From Moniliella sp. 'wahieum' (Eukaryota): DNA of 52,057 bases. The notes under the pieces were generated by a model. The model saw only the letters and a list, made by a program, of their open reading frames with translations. It searched no databases and had not been told where the DNA came from. The DNA lies in assembly GCA_003971905.1 (NCBI GenBank), contig RSEE01000051.1:434001-486057 (forward strand), written 5' to 3'. Of this stretch, positions 1 through 11,448 are shown one piece after another. Position 1 is the first letter of the stretch. Each line of letters starts with the position of its first letter. The position numbers were made by a program, and so were the translations under genes.

Positions 1-374
1 CTGATCTGATCATCTAGATAAGATACGTATCGATCTGTCTGGTTGCTTGCTTACGCCGTTGCGTATGTCCTCTGTGCACTGCTGCAGGCACCGGACGCAG
101 CACGGTGTAATGGGCTACTCAAAGAACGCTCACACAGCTCAGGCTCTCTCTGCCCTCTCATATTCACCGGCCGCGCGGCAGAGTTGCAACTGAAGATCTC
201 AATGATCGGGATGAGGACGGGGCGGTTGGAGGGGGAATTCTCACTGAGATCTGAGGCCAGAAGCCATTTTCCACCCTTCATTAGGATCCAGGTGCTCCTC
301 TCTGAGATCTGATGGCCATATCCTCCTTGATTGCGCTATGGAGTTAGCAATACTTAGTCTGAACTGGAACGCAA

Positions 375-481
375 GACACTTTAGGGCAGTGGTTACCCCG
401 TTCGCCTGCTATATGGAGCACCTTGCAACAAGGGCCAGCGAATCCTCTCTGAGGGCGTGAGTTCGAATCTCACAGGTGTCG
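375..481 (+). tRNA. tRNA-Ser(GCT) with 25-nt intron (412-436)
   Basis: Acceptor GACACTT/AGGTGTC, D-loop AGTGGTTA, anticodon stem TTCGC/GCGAA around CT-GCT-A, long variable arm, T-arm GTGAG-TTCGAAT-CTCAC, discriminator G, downstream T-run. Confidence 0.93.
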
Positions 482-620
482 TTCTTTTGCAGTTTTATTT
501 TGAGCCACCCAAAATTGAAATCGAGCCGCGCCACCCTCGCCTGCCCAACTTGCGACGCGACGCGTATGAACACCGACACCTGTTTGGCTTGCCTCTGCTC
601 CCACTACCAACCTAGGCTCG

Positions 621-1315
621 ATGAATCGCTCCTACTGGGACATTGACTCGGTTGCAGCTGAGCACCAGGTACGCCCTTCGGTCGCTCCATATGCGTTCAT
701 GCTAACGCGATGCAGCGCATCCCTGTCACGTTCAACATGGCCGTTCCTGGCCTGGGCCATCTCGCGGGTGGGGGTGAAGCGGATCTACCGAGCGGCTCGC
801 GGCTCGATATCCCCTTCTGGATGGCTGAGCCATTACTTCTCGAGCTCGGTGCCAGTGGTGGGGTGACCCTGCAGCGTCCACGGGCGTATGGGCAGAGAGT
901 GCAGAACGCGCTGGACGCCTCGGGTCCCTCGGTCGACCTGCGCCGCCTTTCTCCGGCGTGGTATGCCGTCGGCGCCCGTCTGGCAGCAATTGCCAACGAA
1001 TTGACTGGTCCTGTGCAGCAGGCATACGAGGCCCGCCTTCCTGCCCTGTGGGCCGCTGCCACTCATCTCAGCACCGCTTCCATGGCTGTCTTTTCTGCCC
1101 CGGCTTTTTGTGCGGCCGATGGTCTGGCGGATGCTACGCCAGGAGGTGCCGAGCCCTCTGCCGGTGCCATTTCGAGCGCCGGCACGGGTGGAGGTTCGAA
1201 TGCCTTAACCCAGGAAATGTCTGACTTTCTTCATGGGCTTGATGATCGCGAACAGGCCGTCTTGGGTGCCACCAATGCGGCCAACAACCTCTCCAGAGCT
1301 TACCTCACAGGGTAA
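621..1315 (+). CDS. PSF3: GINS complex subunit Psf3
   Basis: Exon 1 MNRSYWDIDSVAAEHQ, intron 669-715 (GTACGC...GCTAAC...CAG), exon 2 RIPVTFNMAVPGLGHL...LDIPFWMAE...VQNALDASGPSVDLRRLSPAWYAVG. These match recalled fungal Psf3 motifs. Confidence 0.88.
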
Positions 1316-1785
1316 CCAAGTGCATCATCTGTCCCGCCATGTTACTCGTTCTCAGGGGGAGGCATCTTTCTCTCGCTCACTGCAACTACCTCCTCGTGTG
1401 GCCATGAGCATCCTTGTTCCGACAGTGGGAGCTGTGCGGGTTTGCATTTGATCAGCCTCAGAGGGTTTGTACTACATCTATTGCATGCTCATTACAACCT
1501 CCTACGATGTGCTCAGTGGGAGGGGCTAACACCAATAGCGATCGCTACAGCCCCATCCGCCCGTCATGCCCCCGGCGCTGAAAGCCATTCTCCCAGCTAG
1601 CCATTGGTGTCCAATGCGTGGTCGTAGTCGTAGGCCTCGGGATCTGATCTTGTCCAAATATGAGCTCAGGAGGGGGCAGAAGTGATTACGTCCATCCACT
1701 CGCTTTGTGCACCGTCGCCTCCAGTGGGCTCACAGTGGGCTCACAGTGGCCACACCACCATCACGATCCATTCACCGCCACAATC

Positions 1786-2526
1786 ATGTCGACGACAGAG
1801 CAGGAAATCTTCCCTGAGGGAGAGAACGCCAGCCCACACGAAAGACCGCATGGCATGAATTTCTCCACAACGAGGAGATGTACCAGCAGGCCAAGCTGGG
1901 AACGAGCGCGCCCCCAGTCCAGCGCCCGCACCTGCGTCCCGACCCTTACCGCCCTCCGACCCCGAGGCTGCGGCTACCGCGGCGGCCCAGGCGGCCGTTG
2001 CGGCCCAGGAGGCGCAAGCTGTGGCGGCAGCACAGGCAGCTGCGGCATTTGCAACTCCGAGAGGGAGAAGCGCCAGAGTGGGCCAAGAGGCCCTGGACGG
2101 GTCAAAGCGCGCAGCGCAAAACCGCCGCGCTCAGCCGCGTTTCGGCCGCCGTGATCTCAAATTTCGGGAACTTTCTGAGCAGGTTTGCCAGCTTCCTGAT
2201 ATCCAGAACATGCACATCTTCGCCCAGCGCGTTGCCGAAACGCAGGACATGGTCGCCCAGCTCAAATCCAAGAGCAAGAGTCTTTACGCCACGCTGTGAT
2301 GACCTTAGGGGGCGCTCCACCCCCCGGACCCAATCCCCGCCTTTTTCGATGCCCATCTCTCCTTCTGCTCACCAGGCACTCGGTCAGGTGGATGCTACTC
2401 CCTCTGCGGAGATACAGAGAGCCAAGCGTTGCAAGGCTTGATGGATGCCGCGATTGCGGACCGAGAGCTGAGGAGAGCAAGACGGCTGAGGAAGGTTCTA
2501 CACCTCAACTGCCTCAGCCTACATGA
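1786..2526 (+). CDS. bZIP transcription factor (Yap/KapC-type basic region), frameshifted; 3' end approximate
   Basis: At about 2102-2200 reads SKRAAQNRRAQ-(R)AFR..RRDLKFRELSEQ, the fungal bZIP basic motif KRxAQNRxAQRAFR, followed by a helical zipper-like segment. The N-terminus is Ala/Pro-rich. Confidence 0.65.
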
Positions 2527-2691
2527 TCTCCTCAACATTCATTACCCCCCTCGCGTCCACGTTCTCTTCTTGCTTCCGCCTCTCTTTTTTGTCTTGTCTG
2601 TATACGTATGAGACCAAGTAGCGTGGACATAAAGCATTGAGTAGAGAATGGTGGCGTCAGGCCATGCGGTGTGCAGGCACAAGTCATTTCG

Positions 2692-5457
2692 TTAGCGGGT
2701 CTCCAGGCTGGATGCGCGGGCTCCCATGATATCAACCAGCCGCTTCACCCCAAACCACCATGCAGTTCGGCCAGTGCGGAGTTTCATGTCGGCTTCCCTC
2801 GCCATCTCTCGTGCGGTCGTCATTTGAATTGAGGATCCACGGATCGTGATGATCGCTGCCGAAGATGGATCGAAGGGTTCATCAGTCAAGCGCTGTTGCT
2901 GCGCGCGGTAAATCTCAGCTTCGGCGTCTGCTTCTGAGTCCTCCTCGACTTCACGGATTGCCTCCTCGGTGGGCTCATACCACGCTACGTCCCGAGCCAA
3001 TTCGGGACGCGCCTTGCCCTCGATCCATTGGCAGCAACGCAGGGCGAGACGCGTAGCCCGGCACCGGTCCAAGGGAGAAGGTGTCCCACCTTGCAACGTA
3101 TGGCCAAGCGATGCAGAGCGAGCATCAAACAAGGGGTGACCCTCTTCCTTGAAGATGGATGTAAGCACGTCCGTGGTGAACACTTTGCTGGAATGGTCGT
3201 TGCGGAGCACGAGGCGACCCTCGGACTTGCTTGCTTCGTCCAGGCTGTACCTCTTTTTGAGCCATTCCACGTCTTTCTGCAGCTGGAGGCTCAAACCCAT
3301 CTCGGGGATGTAGGTCAGAGAGGCATCGGTGGCCAAGCCTCCGAGCACGGCCAGATATCCACAATTGCCCCCCTGCGTCTCCACCACAACACACGGTTCC
3401 GACTCGCCCGCGCCGATTGCTTGATCGCATCGCAGGCTTGTACCAAGGCGTTGAGGGAAGTATCACACCCAAGGGAGAAATCGTTGAGAGGCACATTGTT
3501 GCTCAGCGTGGCGGGGATGGCAACAAGAGGGATACGGTAGGCAGGGTACTGACCCCGAGCATCGTCCATCAGCTTGACTGCATGGAATGCCTCGAAGCCC
3601 CCAATGAGCATCAGACCATCGAGACCATGGTGCTGCAGCTTGCTTGCTACAGCCCCATAATCAATCGAGGGGAGCACACGGTTGGTTCCCAACTCGGAGC
3701 CGCCACGTACGGTCCAGTTATCGACGCGAAGCCAGTCAACCTCTTGCACATTGTCTTCCAGCAGGCCTGGGAAGCCGTTGGAGATCAAAACGGGAACATG
3801 ACCTCGGGCAATAAAGTACCGGACCATGGTCCGTGTAGCCGCGTTCATTCCGCCGGCAGGAGCACCAATGTGCATGATTCCCACCCGCATCCGACTCTCC
3901 TCATCGACCTTGTAGGCAGGGTTGATCTCAGAGATGTACTTCCAAGCGCTCAAGTCCTCAGCAAACGTCGCCGCGTGCTTTGAGGGCGTCACCGAACCGC
4001 TTCTCCGCAATCGCTTCCGCCACAGCTTTGGTCTGCTCAATCGCATATTTGAGTGGCACACGGATAATCTTGTTTTCCCGTGTGCCAATAACGTACGAGG
4101 GCGTCTCGGGTGTGCCTGAAGCAGAGCCTTGACCGCCTCGACAGCTTGGAGGGTAGATAGAACACGATCATTGGCATCGGGGCTCCCGCCACGCTGCGTG
4201 TGACCAAGTGTGGTGACCCGAGTGTCGAGGCCAAGCTTGTCAGATAGGACGTGAGCGATATCGGTCGCCTTGATTGGGTTCAAGTTCTTGTCGATCGCTC
4301 CCTCGGCGACAATGACGATTGTCTTGCGCTTGCCTGCCTCGCGGTGCTTGTGCAGCACCCGACACATTTCCTGGCCCATCCGTGCTCTCCTTCCTCGCCC
4401 CCCTCGGCTTCGGCATCGTTGCACAGAGGCGGCTGTTCGGGGATGAAAATGTAGTCGGCGCCCGTGGCAATGGCGCATTGCAGGGCGATCCAACCACAGT
4501 TGCGCCCCATCACTTCCACCACAAACGCACGCGAATGCGAAGCGCGGTAGAAGAAATGGAGTCGACCGCCTCACAAGCACGGGTGAGGGCAGTGGAGCAG
4601 CCGATGGTCATGTCGGTGGTGGCCAAGTCATTGTCGATCGACCCGACCAGACCAACGATACGGAGGTGCTTAAACTTGTCGTACTGCACTTGGGTGATCT
4701 TGCCTTCGGCAAGCAGCGCGCTAACGTGGTCTGGCCATTCCTTCCGGAGAATGTCGGTACCAGTCAAACTGCCATCGCCACCCACCACGGCGAGACAGTC
4801 GATTCCATGGGAGATGAGGTTGAATGCAGCTTGACGCCGGTACTCGGCTTGGCGGAACTCGAGGCAGCGTGCGGTACCAATCAACGTACCACCCTAGTGA
4901 GCAGTGTTAGTGTACGAGATTCGGGTGAAAAGGGGCAAACGTACCTGTTCCGACCATCCGCGGACATCGTCCCAGCCCACGCGGATAATATACCGCCCTT
5001 TAAGGCCCGTGTCAGCCGCTCCTCCCACGCCCTCTCGCAGGAGCTCTCCGTATCCATAGGTGGGCACAAAGCGTTGATGCTTGTGGTGGTAAGGTTTTTC
5101 CCACGGGAAGCGATAGCCAGCACCACCGCCAATGGAAAGACTGGGAACGTGGTCGGCCGCGTGAATGTTAGGCGTCATCGCCGGACTGGGCATGGACGAC
5201 TGCACAGGGGTCGGCTGGGGACTGGTATGGGTGGTGGCCGATTCGGCATTCGTGTTTCCCTGGACAAGGCCTGACAGGCCCTCGCGAATGACATAGGCCT
5301 CGCAGCCCTTGTAGAGGGCAAACTTAACCACTGCCCGCACCGCCGCGTTCATCCCAGCGGCGTCGCCGCCAGAGGTCATGACGGCGATGCGGGTCTTGGT
5401 TTTCTGGTTGGCGCCGGGCACAGCCGAAACAGAGCGGCTCTTGGCGTGTAAGGACAT
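2692..5457 (-). CDS. PFK1: ATP-dependent 6-phosphofructokinase (eukaryotic two-half type)
   Basis: [124 protein letters not shown]. Intron 4894-4944; several indels. Confidence 0.96.
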
Positions 5458-6858
5458 GGTGTGCACACAGAAAGGCGGGGGTGGTGAGTCTGCGGGGCCA
5501 AGGGCGCTCGCTGCAAGAAAGGGGCGGGGTATAAAAAGCAAGGCGGCCACAACGTCAGAGTACTTACCCCCATACGAAGTGGGTCCAAACTCACACCTGC
5601 CTCGGGACGCCCACACGCGAATCAAATTGAGCCGGCAAATCCTCAACACAGCCCATGTGCCTGGCCTGTGGCTGAGGCGGTCGTTCAATATGCGATCCAC
5701 CTTTTTCTCAGGGGCGGCTTCTCAGCCGCTCACTTCTTCTTTTCTCAGCTGCCAATTTCACAGCTCCGCGGCAGCACCGGCTACCACCCACACCGGCGCT
5801 AAGATTCAAATTATAAGAGTCCATAGCCAGCTATAGTCTTCTGTTTTGGGTGGTATATAGATATCCCGTTGCCGCAATCATTGTTAGATTGGGTACGCAA
5901 AACAATACTGAAGAAGTATACTTACGCAAAGAAGAGACCACATTAGAAAGGAATCAATCTTGAGAGTGAGAGATATGTGAACTCTGTGTTCCTCTCTCCT
6001 TCCTCCTCACCGAGAGCTCTTCCGGTGCGCTGATGCAGCGGCGGCGCGGCGAGCGGCGGCGCCGTCCCGCATGATTTTATCATATGTACCCTTCGTCTCT
6101 CGCCCAAACACCTAGGTATTATAGGCTGATGGATACGTCTTGCGGATCGTGTGTGGGGGGAAGCGTGGCCTGACAAGGGAGCTGGTGTGGTGCATTTTGG
6201 ACCATCTATAAATTGCAATGTTGAACGTTCAGTTGAACGTTGATCGAAAGGAGACGGTTCTCTCCCTTAGAGTTTGCTTTTTGTGGATTCCCGCTATATA
6301 CGTGTGAGATCAAATCATTAATCATCGACAGTACTGCATAGTGGACAGACTGGACTGTGGTTGTCATTTGTCAGTACTCAGTCTGAGCGTGGGATATGCG
6401 CGACCGCACGTGCGATTCGGACGGGATTGGGTTAGTAGACTGAGAACAGCTCAAGTCAGCCGACTGGAGGTGCCGACGGTGCAGTGAGACGCCCTGTGGC
6501 CATAAAGCGCGAAGTATGTACAGTCTTTGGCTGTGTTTAAATGTTCAGCTTGTTTCTGGAGTCATTTACCCCGGTCTCGTTTCTCATCGTAGTATAGTCA
6601 CGTCGTCATGTGGTTGCTGCGCTGGATCCACCTGGCCGTAGTCATGAATCAGACGACGGGCACATTGATACCAAAAGCCTCTATACAGGGGAAGCTGATC
6701 ACGAGGACGGGGCTAAACGACGAATCTAGGAAGCAGTTTTGAGCCTGCAGAGGAAACTGTCACGGGTGGGCACGACGCCCCCGTGCCCTGTGGAGGGGTT
6801 TCAGGGGTACATCAGTTCCTTAATAAAGAAGTCAAAGGGGAAGACTACTGACATATGG

Positions 6859-7362
6859 TTATTTTGTGCTTTTGGGCAGGAGTGTGCAGTGGTGCATCCG
6901 AATGGAGCTATAGGTACAAGAAATATAGCCTTTCGGAGTATACAAGGCGGCTGCAAGTGTGGCAAGGCTGCGTAGCACCGGCTTGGGCGCAGTACTATAG
7001 CGTGTCTGAAGCTTCTGAAGCCTCCATATATCGGGCCCAAGGTCAGGGAGTGGCAGAGTGGAGAGGACAAACGCTGCCAGAGCTGGATCTGAACTGAGAC
7101 TGGGGGCGGCGTGGCTGGAAGCGGGATCACATGGATCACACGCGGCTGAACTGAGCTGGGCTTCGACGTAATAGCACCTGGGAGAGGCATACGCGAACTG
7201 GGTCGTGTGAGGCACAGAGAGCTGATGAAGAGGGAAGCTGGAGGACAAGGACGGTGCAACTAAAAGAGGAGGAGTTGCCTGTACTTGGTTGATCAAATTG
7301 GCGAGGAGAATAATATATGAGGAGAAGCCAATGGATCGTTGGGGAAAACCAACACGAACCAT
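6859..7362 (-). CDS. hypothetical protein, possible signal peptide
   Basis: 167-aa ATG ORF with a hydrophobic N-terminal stretch (FSSYIILLANLINQVQA) and several Cys; no recognisable domain. Confidence 0.3.
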   Translation of the reverse strand: MVRVGFPQRSIGFSSYIILLANLINQVQATPPLLVAPSLSSSFPLHQLSVPHTTQFAYASPRCYYVEAQLSSAACDPCDPASSHAAPSLSSDPALAAFVLSTLPLPDLGPDIWRLQKLQTRYSTAPKPVLRSLATLAAALYTPKGYISCTYSSIRMHHCTLLPKSTK

Positions 7363-8079
7363 TATATTGCTAAAACAGGCAGGGACTAATAGGGAAACAA
7401 TACACTAGAGGAAGAACGGGGGACAGGGGGAAACAGGTGAGACAGTTGCCGCAAGGACAACCTAAAAGGTAAAAGGTAAACGGGCAAGGCGCGACTATCG
7501 TCAAAAAAGGATACTGACAATCCGGTGCAAAAGGCCTGTAAAGAGCGAATATTGTCGCGCGGATACATGGGACTGATGGCCGCGCGGTTGAGGCTGAATG
7601 GGAACGGGCTCTGCCAGGCTTTGGGGCAGAGACTCCAGGCTTCGGCTTTAACCAGATCAGATCACATCTCCGAGACCCTCTCACGCCTTACTGGGTAATC
7701 TCCTCATCTTCCACTCCAACAAGGAGAGGGGACAGCATATTTTTTTCGAATCACCTACTAGGGTCAGGGTGAGGAAGGACAAAGAGGGCGCGTAGGCCCA
7801 GCCATCAGGCTCACCACAGCCCTCCTTCGCCCGCGTGACACCATCACGCTCCTCTTTTCACCAAGGGGGTCCTCATGCTTATAAACAAGGTAACGGCTTC
7901 CCTCCCCCCCCACACCTGGGGGGAAGGGATAAAGGAGTGTATTACGCTTTACGGACGGATACCGTCGCGTTGATGGGGGTTAGCGGTTAAGAAAGCACAC
8001 TTTATTGGCACAAAAAAGCCCAGCCAAGCGCGAATAAGAGGCATGCTTCAATTTGCTTCAAGCTAGCTACATATCAGTA

Positions 8080-8511
8080 TCACATGTCACATGCATGTCA
8101 CATGTCTCGTTAGATAATTGGGGCTTGTGCGCTTGTGCGCGATAATCGATAGTCGATAATCGATAAGGGAGGGTTACTACCAACCGGTATAGCCGCTGCA
8201 ACCCTCGAAGAGCTCGTTCGTCCAGACGGAGAGAATAAGTGTGCTACTGTCTGGTCCTGGTGTTGCCGGTGATGTGCTCACATGTCACATTATGCTTCTA
8301 TCGTAGAATTGTGGGTTCTGATGGGTGCTCGCATTGTGGGCCCGGCAGGCCCAGATCTCCGAAGTGGAAAAAAGCTGGGAAACGCGATCGATAAGCGATA
8401 GCTATTGGGTCGATAAATTATCGGCATCAATAACTCATCGAGCCATTAATCATTACAACCGCCCTCAAGGTGGCCTTAGGCCTTAGGCCTGCCCTTAGGC
8501 CTTAGGCCTTA
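8080..8511. repeat. cluster of 7-bp-period palindromic microarrays
   Basis: (TCACATG)n at 8080-8107, (TAATCGA)-type at 8140-8166, (GGCCTTA)n at 8472-8511. Confidence 0.85.
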
Positions 8512-8768
8512 TTCTCGGCCTCAGGAACAGAGACGCCCGGAACATCTGTATCCCTGAGCGGAATTATTTCCGTTTTTCCCGCACCCGCGCTGTGACCGGT
8601 GACCTTCAAGCGTCATATCACTTGCAAAGCTAATATCATTTGCAAGTCTAAGACAGGAACAAAGGACCCAACGTCTTAAGCGGGCTGAAAAGTCCGAACC
8701 CTTCGCGTTCGTGCGCCCCCGAGTTCAGCTTTGCTTCCTTCTCTCCCACCACCACTTGCTCCTTCGCC

Positions 8769-10213
8769 ATGCCGCTCGCTGGTGTGCTCGTTTTCATCCG
8801 CCACGGCGACCGTCAGGGCTTTTACCAATCCCCCACTACCTACACTGCAGTCAAGACCAATCTTACCACGCTCGGTGCGCTGGAGCAGTACCGCAATGGG
8901 GCCGACCTACGCGCCAAGTACATCACCTCCACTGACGACCTGCACATTGCCGGTATCAACGAAACCAAAGCCCAGGGCTTTGAGATGTCGGTGGTAGCTG
9001 ATGGGGGCGGAGAGGGGTCGGTCATTGTCGATTCGGCTCAGGCCTTGTTCCAGGGTCTTTATCCCCCCTTCAACGAGACGCAGCTGCTTGCGAACGGCTC
9101 CGTTGTTGCCTGGCCCAATCGCGCCCAGGTACAGGACATGGAGACTGTCGAGGCGGATGAACAACTCTGGTTTGAGGGATACACGTCCTGCAATACCTGG
9201 ACCAAGCGCTTGAACACATGGTACAACAGTACTGCCTTTCTCAACGCGCAAAAGGAGGCACAACCCTTCTTTGATAAGATCAAGCCCCTGGTTGGTGGGC
9301 GCAAGGTCGACATGGCGTCCATGTGGAACGTATGGGATTACATTAACGTGAACAACATCCACAATGCCACCTTTGCCGCAGCGTTCGACCAGGACCCTAC
9401 CTTGCTCCCCCAGGCTCGGTACTGGGGCAGCTACCACGAGTCGGGCTCCTTTTCCGACCCAGACAAGTCGAACATTGGCAATGTACCGGGCACGGCGTTC
9501 CTTCCTCTGCTGCTTGACTCTCTCCAGACGTTGGCCAATGCCAGCGAAGGGGTCAAGTGGGTCACGCTTGCCGGCGCTTACAAACCCTTCTTGGCCCTGG
9601 GCTCACTGATGGAAAATACCAACCTGGAGCAAAACGTGGTGGATTATGCATCCTCGCTCGTCTTGAGGTGAATCAGAACGGGACCGTCAACATTTTGCTC
9701 CGCAATGGCTCCACCGCCGCCGACTGGTCTCCTGTCCCTGTGTTTGGGGGGAGCAACTCGCTCCCGCTAACTGATCTGGTGAACAAGCTCCAGCCATACG
9801 CCATTACTACCCGGGCAATGGTGCGATGCCTGTCAGACCACCGACGCACGCGGCTGCGATGTGTTGGCCAAGTACAATGGGACGGGCGGAGCGGGCTATT
9901 CGTCGATCACCTCCACCTTGGGCCGGCATCGTGTCTCACCCGTCGTGGCGGGTGTGATTGGTGCGATGGTCACGTTGGCTGTGTGGGCATCTTGGCGGTG
10001 GTAGGTTTCTTGTGTGGACCATGCTCGCTTCCCCGCGGCGGGGACATAAGGCCAAGTCCTCCATTGCCCCCCAGTGAGGCCTATGGTCCCGACTCGGCTG
10101 CCTCCACCGCCATTCCGCTCCGCGCCAGCTCGCATCCGAGCTCCTTTGCCCACTCGGACCATCCCACCCAGGGTCGGAGCAGGTCGGGACCACAAGGTCG
10201 GCCATTCCTTTGA
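8769..10213 (+). CDS. histidine (acid) phosphatase superfamily protein with C-terminal transmembrane helix
   Basis: RHGDR catalytic motif at residues 11-15, LTTLG..EQYRNG..LR..Y, DSAQALFQGLYPP, MWNVWDYINVNNIHN. After frameshifts, a hydrophobic segment (VSPVVAGVIGAMVTLAV) and a Ser/Pro tail. Confidence 0.85.
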
Positions 10214-11022
10214 GGCGTGATCAGCCGGCCGTAACCTTTTCGTTTTTCCGGGCTACTATATCCAGCACAACTGCAGGGACGTATATATATACCCTTGAGC
10301 TTTGACCTTGAGACTTGGACACCTCCGTGTGAACACAAAGACAGTAAGAGAGGACCTCGGCTCGAACGCATACCGGTACGGAGGGGGACGTTCCTACCCT
10401 TTCGCTGTACTAGACAATAGTCCAAGGTTTGGAGACGATGAAGTCTGCAAGAAGAGCAGGGCGCATTGCTTACCACCCTCTTCGTCCCATTACGGCACCA
10501 GTGCTGGTGTCCTCCCGTGTTGGTGGGCGTATGCGTGGTCGAGAACGATTGGCTGTAATAGGCGCATGTCATCTACTACACATGGAGCATCCATTCGTGT
10601 GGTACAGGTAGATGTTGTGCAGGTCGCAGGCCAGTAGAAACATTTTCATATACTATCTATATCATGCCTATCGGAGAATAGCTCAATTGCCATGAAAGGG
10701 GTCGGGGAATAGGAGCGACAGAAGAGCCACTACATAAAACTACTTCAGCAAAGGACCCACGGTGGGACAAAAAATGAGATGAATGCAGAAGCGGACAAAG
10801 AGCGCGATCAACACGTATCAAAGTCTGAAGAGCGAGGCGAGGGTCATAACGCACCATGTGCGCACAACGGAATGGTGCCCATGGACCCTCGATCGTAATG
10901 TCGGTTGGGGAAGAACCGAATGAGGTGTTGGGGGGTTATACATGTCAATAATTGGAGTGAGAGAGGAGAAACAACAATGGGAAAAAGCGGGGAGGGGGTT
11001 CAAGCTGTTCAAGGTTCAAGGT

Positions 11023-11166
11023 TCATACGCGCTCCGCGTAGCGCAGGCTCGCATTGCACATGGGGCACCAACTTTGGCTTCCGCTCGCCACGATCCCGCA
11101 CTTTGGGTTGGGGCAGCGGACAGGCTCACTGCCGTAGTTGACCAGAGATTGATGAGGGCAAGTCAT
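11023..11166 (-). CDS. 47-aa putative zinc-ribbon microprotein (below ORF-track cutoff)
   Basis: MTCPHQSLVNYGSEPVRCPNPKCGIVASGSQSWCPMCNASLRYAERV*, carrying CPxxxC-x10-CPxC. Pyrimidine-rich leader and an upstream TATATAAA on the same strand. Confidence 0.55.
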   Translation of the reverse strand: MTCPHQSLVNYGSEPVRCPNPKCGIVASGSQSWCPMCNASLRYAERV

Positions 11167-11440
11167 GCTGGTGGAGAGGGGAAATGGAGAGCTGGACGGT
11201 GACGTTCGGTGTGAGAGAAGTGAAGTTGCGAACGGGGGGGATAAGAAAGTAGTAGTAATGGAACAACGTCAGTTTCTAGCACAAGGATCGGATGGGAGAG
11301 GGTCATGGACGAACAGTGGAAGAAAAGAGAAGCCTGTTATGGCGAGAAGAGTTGGGTCGAGAGAGAAAAGGGAGTTGGTGTCGATGAGGATGCTGTAAAG
11401 AGACAAGTGTTGGCCTCTCGCACCCCACACTCATTTCTTC

Positions 11441-11448
11441 TTTATATA
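11441..11448 (-). promoter_or_regulatory. putative TATA box
   Basis: TATATAAA on the minus strand about 275 bp upstream of the microprotein ATG, followed by a CT-rich leader. Confidence 0.4.
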
